Assembly (NCBI GenBank): GCA_018920305.1
Contig: JAHLMO010000002.1
Location: 7,580-71,579 of the forward strand
From: Candidatus Aenigmatarchaeota archaeon
Lineage (GTDB): Archaea; Aenigmatarchaeota; Aenigmatarchaeia; CG10238-14; SpSt-28
DNA: 64,000 nt
Direction: 5' to 3'
Made by a program: the position numbers and the translations under genes. The notes under the pieces were generated by a model that saw only the letters and a list, made by a program, of their open reading frames with translations, was not told where the DNA came from and did not search any database. Each line of letters starts with the position of its first letter. Within the stretch, counting starts at the first letter, position 1. Of this stretch, positions 58,342 through 64,000 are shown in pieces.

Positions 58342-61298
58342 ATTAATTTAAATAATTTTAAACTTTTTATTAAGTTTTGAACTACCAGATTATGTATGAC
58401 TTCAAATATCGAACTTTTTTTACTTATTACTATTCCATTCATAAAATAAAATTCGTGATTAAACCAAATTTCAACTCTTACACCTTTATCTCTTGGATCA
58501 TACATTTTACAAATTATTCTATTTACTCCACTAAAATATCTTGGATTTTCTACAGAACAACTATTTATTGTTTCTCTTTCAGTATTTTGCGTACATGGGA
58601 AAGAATTTCCGCACTTACATTTTTGTCCGCTTTCTAAAATACAATTTCCGAATAATATATCATTTATAGTACAAGCATTTTTTCCATCTATAGTAGGATT
58701 AAGATAACATTCCATATTTAATTCTCTTTGTTCTCTTGCATACTCTGCTTCCCATATTACACTAAATCTTTTCTCAGTAGAAGGTAAAAACTGGAAACCA
58801 TCCCTTATATTTTTGGAAACTAAAAATGGTAAGTCAACTAAAATACCTGTATCGTTTTTTGAACAAACCGCTAACCTTCTTAAATCATTTGATCTTATAT
58901 TTTCCCATGCAATTACTATTCTATTACCATAATCCTTTATATACTGCGGATTTATTTTTGTGTTTGCTTCTAGATCTACAAAATCTTTAAAGTTATATAT
59001 CTTTACATTTCTTGGATTATTAGCTGGTCCAACCCATAAACAATCCGTAAATTCATCAGTTTTTCCAATGATATCTCTTATTTGTGTACATTTATTTCTA
59101 TATCCGAAACAATCTATTTCTTTATGATAATTTCCACCCAAACTATTTGTCTTACTTTTTACTTCGCTACTGGAATCCCAATAAGTTTTAAGAAAAACTA
59201 TCTTATCTGTTCCTCTTTGGTTTTGTTGATCTCCTCTTGCACCCAAAAATATATAAACTTGATAATTTGAATTAGAAGCAGAATTACCAGCTTGATCAGC
59301 TATATATGCGTATAACCTTCCCCATCCAATATCTAATCTTCCGAAGCTTGCTGTATGAGTTGCTGGTATCGGATATAATGCACCACCAGGACAGGAGGAA
59401 ACCGGAAAATTAGTCGATTTTGTTGATTCTGGAGATTTATCAAATCTTAGCGAGGAGAATCTTACACCGCTTATTTCTTGTCCATTATACTCATCTCTAC
59501 TTTTTGAAGTAAAGGTTATACTTTCCTTATCTATAACAACTTTATCTGGAGTAAGAGGAATTCTTCTTCCATCTTTATCTATGTAATAATTTGGAAACGG
59601 ATCATAAGTATAATCACCACTTGATATCAATTCAGGTCTATGTTGAATATCAACAAAGTATGGATTTCTCTTATCTATACAATAGTATCCGCTAGATATG
59701 ACACCACTCATCTTATCTGTATTATCACAAACAAAGATATCTTCAATTCTATATATACAAACTTCTCCAGGACTACACCTTAAATGAATATTTATTGATT
59801 CTGACGGACATCTAGAAGAAAATGTACCTAGCGCAATAGAACAATCAAGACCTTCTCCACAATTAACTGTTAATGTACTTTCTAGTTTGCTAGTTCCAAA
59901 AATAGCACTAAATGAATAACTTCCAGATCGTGTTGGAACGTTATAACTTCCACTACAACTTCCAACTAAGTTTGATCCCATAGATACAGGTATTCTACAT
60001 AATTCTGAACCATCTGGTCTTACAATTATTATATTCTTATTTTGGCAATTTCCAGAAGCAGAGTATCTTACCATCGCGTTTATATTTATTGTCTTTCCAC
60101 AATCAGTAGTACTTGAAGGCGAAATAGAAAAAGACTCTAAGCAAAGATAACAACCATCAGACCAACAACATACACCTCGACAAATAACTGTCAAGTTTGC
60201 TGATATTTTATTCTCTTCATAAACGGCATTAAAGGTATAGTTTCCAGACTGAGTTGGAACGTTATAACTTCCACTACAACTTCCGGCTTGATTCTCGCCT
60301 ATAGAGATTGGTATTTTACATAATTCTGAACCATCTGGTCTTAAAACTGTTATATTCTGATCTTGACAATCTCCAGATGCCGAATATTTTACTTCGGCTT
60401 TTATATCTATTGTATTTCCGCATCTATCAGTACTACTTGGATTTAAAGATAATGATTTCAAATCTACTTTACAACATTTAGCCTCTAATTCTGTAGTTAC
60501 TTCTAGGTTTTGGAGAACAGCCTTAAAAGTATACTCTCCAGCTTGATCAGGAACTTTATATTTTATATTACGTTTTCCTACTAAATTGTTTCCTACATTT
60601 GTTATTGGAATTTCACATACTTTATTAGAAAAATGATCCAAAACAGTTATGTTTTGATTGAGATAAGCTTCTGTAGCAGTATACTCTACGCTTATCTCTA
60701 TATCTATTTCTTCACCACATTTATCTGTGCTACTTGGATTAAGAGATATTGATTTTAACCCTGGACACTGTACTTTTATATTAAAATATTTTACTTGTCT
60801 ACTTTCTGGATATCTTAGTTGTCCATAAATGGCTCTAAAAGTATATTCTCCAGGGTAAGATGGAATATAATAGTCTTCAACACAACCTATTGTATGTTCT
60901 CTACCAGGTTCAACATCCTGAATATGCAGATTACAGAATACAGAACCATCTGGTCTAAACACTGTTATTATTTCTCCACGACAAACTTCAGAATTAGCTG
61001 TAAAATTAACTACTGCTCTTAAAGTATCGCTTCCTCCGCACTGGGAGAAAAACCTAGGAACTAGATAAAAATGATTAATATGTATAACACAACAAGGCTC
61101 TCTAGACCATCCAGATTCACAACAATAATAAGTTACGCCACCAAAAGTAGCGGAATCTCCTATTTTATAATCACATCCTTCTTTACAACAACTTTTCCAT
61201 ATGTCGCTTTTATCGCTAAAAGAAATATAGAAAAAATGTAGAGTTAAAAAAGAAATAAACACTAAAAAAATTGTAATTCTATGAATAATACTTACCAT
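58338..61298 (-). CDS. Large secreted cysteine-rich surface protein (986 aa) with 4 tandem ~95-aa Ig/CARDB-like repeats and a ~500-aa C-terminal domain of unknown function
   Basis: Signal/TM N-terminus. Repeats S.NPSSTD.CG..I.I...V.Y.ASG.C...NI.V.RPDGSELC.IP.S.G.N..GSCSGSYNVPT.SG.Y.F.A appear 3 times, plus a diverged first copy. Confidence 0.5.
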   Translation of the reverse strand: MVSIIHRITIFLVFISFLTLHFFYISFSDKSDIWKSCCKEGCDYKIGDSATFGGVTYYCCESGWSREPCCVIHINHFYLVPRFFSQCGGSDTLRAVVNFTANSEVCRGEIITVFRPDGSVFCNLHIQDVEPGREHTIGCVEDYYIPSYPGEYTFRAIYGQLRYPESRQVKYFNIKVQCPGLKSISLNPSSTDKCGEEIDIEISVEYTATEAYLNQNITVLDHFSNKVCEIPITNVGNNLVGKRNIKYKVPDQAGEYTFKAVLQNLEVTTELEAKCCKVDLKSLSLNPSSTDRCGNTIDIKAEVKYSASGDCQDQNITVLRPDGSELCKIPISIGENQAGSCSGSYNVPTQSGNYTFNAVYEENKISANLTVICRGVCCWSDGCYLCLESFSISPSSTTDCGKTININAMVRYSASGNCQNKNIIIVRPDGSELCRIPVSMGSNLVGSCSGSYNVPTRSGSYSFSAIFGTSKLESTLTVNCGEGLDCSIALGTFSSRCPSESINIHLRCSPGEVCIYRIEDIFVCDNTDKMSGVISSGYYCIDKRNPYFVDIQHRPELISSGDYTYDPFPNYYIDKDGRRIPLTPDKVVIDKESITFTSKSRDEYNGQEISGVRFSSLRFDKSPESTKSTNFPVSSCPGGALYPIPATHTASFGRLDIGWGRLYAYIADQAGNSASNSNYQVYIFLGARGDQQNQRGTDKIVFLKTYWDSSSEVKSKTNSLGGNYHKEIDCFGYRNKCTQIRDIIGKTDEFTDCLWVGPANNPRNVKIYNFKDFVDLEANTKINPQYIKDYGNRIVIAWENIRSNDLRRLAVCSKNDTGILVDLPFLVSKNIRDGFQFLPSTEKRFSVIWEAEYAREQRELNMECYLNPTIDGKNACTINDILFGNCILESGQKCKCGNSFPCTQNTERETINSCSVENPRYFSGVNRIICKMYDPRDKGVRVEIWFNHEFYFMNGIVISKKSSIFEVIHNLVVQNLIKSLKLFKLI

Positions 61299-61337
61299 AA
61301 ATAGTATTTAAAAACTATTTTTATTTATAGGCTACTA

Positions 61338-62540
61338 TTAATCAAGTTTAAATCTACTAAATCCTCCTATTCCACCAAAAGATAAAAATTGCTGACCTTC
61401 AGAAGTTTGAGATGATACAATATAAACTTTTGTATTATATTTTTTTGCTGTTTCTAAGATTTTATCAAAATAATTATTAAAATCTTCTATTTCCATTTCT
61501 TTCCCACAAACATTGCATTTTTTATCTATTTTATCTAAAAAATTTTCTTCTTCTCTTACATTTCCACAACTTTTACAAAGCAATCTTATCTTTCCAAAGT
61601 TAAAATCTTCAGAAATTATTAATTCTTCTAAAGCTCCAATTTCTAAATATTTTAAAACCTCTGCAACACTATAAACAACGTTGTTTTGTAATTTACTAAT
61701 GGCTTCAAAAAATTTTTTCAAAATAATTTTTTCTCTAACTACTTCAGTTTTACTTAGTTCTTCTTCACTTCTATTAACTAACTCTTGCAGTCCATATTCA
61801 TTTGTATATCCAACATCTTTTACTGCAATTATCTTATCTCTTAATCTATAATCTAAATATTCATTTTTTACAAATTCTTCTTTTATTGGTCCTGGACCAC
61901 CAATTAAAATACCTTTTGCGTCATTCTGTAAAAATATTTGAGAAGCTTTTTCTCCAATCTCTTTAAGCCATTCCTCTAATGCTTGCTCCCTTATTCTTTT
62001 ATATCTCTGCTGACTCCATCCGCCTTTAACTGTTTTAGATGGTACGTTTGACTCGTCATTATATATAACTTCAATATTTTTACCTCTAAGAATTCCGATA
62101 GTAACTTCTTTAGAATCTAAAACTATTAATCCAAAAACTTCTTTTTCTTTTAATAATTCTTTTAATGGTTCAACTAAAAACTGATTATCACATCTATATA
62201 TTTTTAAATTTAAAGGTTCTGGAGGCTCTATTACCCAAACTTTAAATTCGTCTTTTCCTTTTCCAACATTTCCACTAAAAATTACTAGACCATTTTTTCC
62301 AACTTTGCCTACATTTCTTAGAGCATTTGCTACCCTTTCTAATGCATCTATTACGTTATTTCTAGTTGTATCGCTCTTAATATTTCTTGCTGTAGCTATT
62401 TCAGCAGAAATTTGTGCTATTGCAGAATTTATATCATAATTAGGGGGTAAATAATAGCTTATTAATTCTGTTTTTCTGCCTCTATAACTCTCTAGTTCTT
62501 TTACCAATTTTTTTAATTGTATTTTTTTCTCTTCCTCCAT
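61338..62540 (-). CDS. prf1: Peptide chain release factor aRF1 homologue (GGQ motif replaced by GGW)
   Basis: NIKS (ARNIKS) and YxCxxxF (YRCDNQF) present; the GGQ position reads KGGWSQQRY; C-terminal CxxC..CxxC insertion. Confidence 0.7.
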   Translation of the reverse strand: MEEEKKIQLKKLVKELESYRGRKTELISYYLPPNYDINSAIAQISAEIATARNIKSDTTRNNVIDALERVANALRNVGKVGKNGLVIFSGNVGKGKDEFKVWVIEPPEPLNLKIYRCDNQFLVEPLKELLKEKEVFGLIVLDSKEVTIGILRGKNIEVIYNDESNVPSKTVKGGWSQQRYKRIREQALEEWLKEIGEKASQIFLQNDAKGILIGGPGPIKEEFVKNEYLDYRLRDKIIAVKDVGYTNEYGLQELVNRSEEELSKTEVVREKIILKKFFEAISKLQNNVVYSVAEVLKYLEIGALEELIISEDFNFGKIRLLCKSCGNVREEENFLDKIDKKCNVCGKEMEIEDFNNYFDKILETAKKYNTKVYIVSSQTSEGQQFLSFGGIGGFSRFKLD

Positions 62541-62608
62541 ATTATTTTGAGTTTTTCTATCTTTATTTTAAATTTAAATATTTAAATTTAATTTTTATTT
62601 ATTGAAAC

Positions 62609-62830
62609 ATGGCAAATAACAGACCTTTGGATGCTCTAGAGAAAGCAAAAGAAAAAAAGATAATAGTAAAACTTAAGAATGGAGAAGAAATAATAGGAAA
62701 CTTAAAAGCAGCTGATTTACATCTAAATCTTTGGCTTTATGATGTAGAAATATCTAATCAAAACGAAAGAAAAAAAGTTGAAGAGATATTAATAAGAGGC
62801 GATTCCATCAGCTATATAATAACAGCATAG
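62609..62830 (+). CDS. Sm-like archaeal protein (LSm)
   Basis: Sm1/Sm2 motifs (KLKNGEEIIGNL...ILIRGDSISYI). Confidence 0.85.
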   Translation: MANNRPLDALEKAKEKKIIVKLKNGEEIIGNLKAADLHLNLWLYDVEISNQNERKKVEEILIRGDSISYIITA

Positions 62831-62840
62831 ATAATTTAAT

Positions 62841-63032
62841 ATGACAAAAGGTACTCCATCTCTAGGTTTAAAAGCCAGAAAAGATTTACATATAAGATGT
62901 AGAAGATGTGGTCATTTTTCCTATCATGTAAGAAAAAAAAGATGCGCTTTTTGTGGATATCCAGATTCTAAATGGAGAAAATATAGTTGGCAAACAAAAA
63001 TAGGAAACAAAAAAAGAAGAAGATCTTATTAG
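62841..63032 (+). CDS. rpl37e: 50S ribosomal protein L37e
   Basis: MTKGTPSLGLKARKDLHIRCRRCG..C..CG zinc ribbon. Confidence 0.9.
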   Translation: MTKGTPSLGLKARKDLHIRCRRCGHFSYHVRKKRCAFCGYPDSKWRKYSWQTKIGNKKRRRSY

Positions 63033-63042
63033 TTTAGTATTT

Positions 63043-63050
63043 TTTAAATA
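63043..63050 (+). promoter_or_regulatory. TATA box (tttaaata) ~21-28 nt upstream of the EF-2 ATG
   Basis: Consensus archaeal TATA; spacing. Confidence 0.35.
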
Positions 63051-63070
63051 ATTTATTATAATTTATTACT

Positions 63071-64000
63071 ATGGCCGAAATGGTAGAAAGAATTAAAGAG
63101 GTTATGAAAGATCCAGATAGAATTAGAAATGTTGCTACTTCTTCACATGTTCACCATGGAAAAACAACTTTAACTGATAACTTAATGGCTGGTGCAGGAA
63201 TGCTAGCTGAGGAGTTAGCGGGTAAAATAATGTATACTTGGTTTGATGAACAAGAAAGAGAAAGACAACTAACAATCTATGGTGCAAACGTTTCTATGAT
63301 TCACAACTATAAAGGAAAAGATTATTTAATTAACTTAGTAGATACTCCTGGTCATGTTGATTTTGGTGGCGACGTTACTAGAGCTATGAGAGCTGTAGAT
63401 GGTACAATAGTGTTAATTTGTGCTGTAGAAGGTATAATGCCTCAAACAGAAACAGTATTTAGACAAGCATTAAGAGAAAGAGTTAAACCTGTATTATTTA
63501 TTAATAAAGTTGATAGATTAATAAAGGAAGTTAAACTAACTTCTCAACAAATGTTAGAGAGGTTTGAAAGATTAATAAAAGAAGTTAATTTATTAATACA
63601 AAAATATGCAGAAGAACAATTTAGAAATTCTTGGTACGTAAATGTTCAAAATGGTAGTGTAGCTTTTGGTTCTGCAAAACAAAGATGGGCAATTTCATTA
63701 CCATATATGCAAGAAACAGGAATAACATTCAAAGATATAATTAACATGGTATTAAATGATGAACAAGAAGAATTAGCTAAAAAAGCGCCTTTACATAGAG
63801 TTGTTTTAGATATGATAATTAAACACTTACCTAGCCCAAAAGAAGCAATAAAATATAGATTAGAAAAAATTTGGCCAGGAGATTTGAATAGTCAATATGG
63901 AAAAGATATGTTAGAAGTAAATTCTAATGGAAAACTAGCAGCTATTGTTACAAAAGTTATTCCAGATCCACATGTTGGTTTCGTAGCAACAGCAAGAATT
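63071..64000 (+). CDS. fusA: Elongation factor 2 (aEF-2), 5' partial; continues past the window end
   Basis: MAEMVERIKEVMKDPDRIRNVATSSHVHHGKTTLTDNL...; G domain motifs. Confidence 0.9.
   Translation, partial: MAEMVERIKEVMKDPDRIRNVATSSHVHHGKTTLTDNLMAGAGMLAEELAGKIMYTWFDEQERERQLTIYGANVSMIHNYKGKDYLINLVDTPGHVDFGGDVTRAMRAVDGTIVLICAVEGIMPQTETVFRQALRERVKPVLFINKVDRLIKEVKLTSQQMLERFERLIKEVNLLIQKYAEEQFRNSWYVNVQNGSVAFGSAKQRWAISLPYMQETGITFKDIINMVLNDEQEELAKKAPLHRVVLDMIIKHLPSPKEAIKYRLEKIWPGDLNSQYGKDMLEVNSNGKLAAIVTKVIPDPHVGFVATARI

Noticed and set aside
57625-61298. Calling the Cys-rich cassette a definite horizontal transfer on GC content alone
   Set aside because: The higher GC may simply follow from its Cys/Gly/Ser/Tyr-rich, Lys-poor amino-acid composition. 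I kept it as a finding but make no HGT claim.

Overview
This window is very AT-rich (roughly 22-25% GC by eye) and uses the standard genetic code: conserved genes terminate at TAA, TAG and TGA. It is archaeal, with dense housekeeping content. Information-processing genes include MCM, TBP, RpoL, Rpo4, ribosomal proteins L10e, L21e, L30 and L37e, an Sm protein, aEF-2 (partial, running off the 3' end), aRF1, ArgRS, AspRS, Mre11-Rad50, SMC-ScpA and ScpB. Metabolic genes include SufCB(D)+SufS, archaeosine TGT, Glu dehydrogenase and PGM/PMM. There are five tRNAs, all GC-rich islands in the AT-rich background, and two of them (Lys-UUU and Ile-UAU) carry canonical 37/38 introns. Many proteins are shorter than their usual homologues, which is consistent with a reduced-genome archaeon, possibly DPANN-like; that is inference. 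I saw no CRISPR array, transposase or integrase.

The most interesting points are:
- A two-gene cassette (57625..61298, minus strand) encodes secreted, extremely Cys-rich proteins. One is 986 aa with four tandem ~95-aa Ig/CARDB-like repeats. Its composition is atypical and it sits between rpoL and aRF1. It is a candidate novel surface or host-interaction system.
- The aRF1 homologue keeps NIKS and YxCxxxF but has GGW where the universal catalytic GGQ should be.
- An in-frame 'mini' ribonucleotide reductase keeps the ATP-cone, N-helical and C-terminal segments but lacks the whole catalytic barrel.
- One intron-containing tRNA-Ile has an explicit UAU anticodon.
- A MazF/PemK toxin gene is interrupted by an in-frame TAA.
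- Several degenerate paralogues are present: a DRG-like GTPase without G3, and a KaiC-like ATPase without a P-loop.
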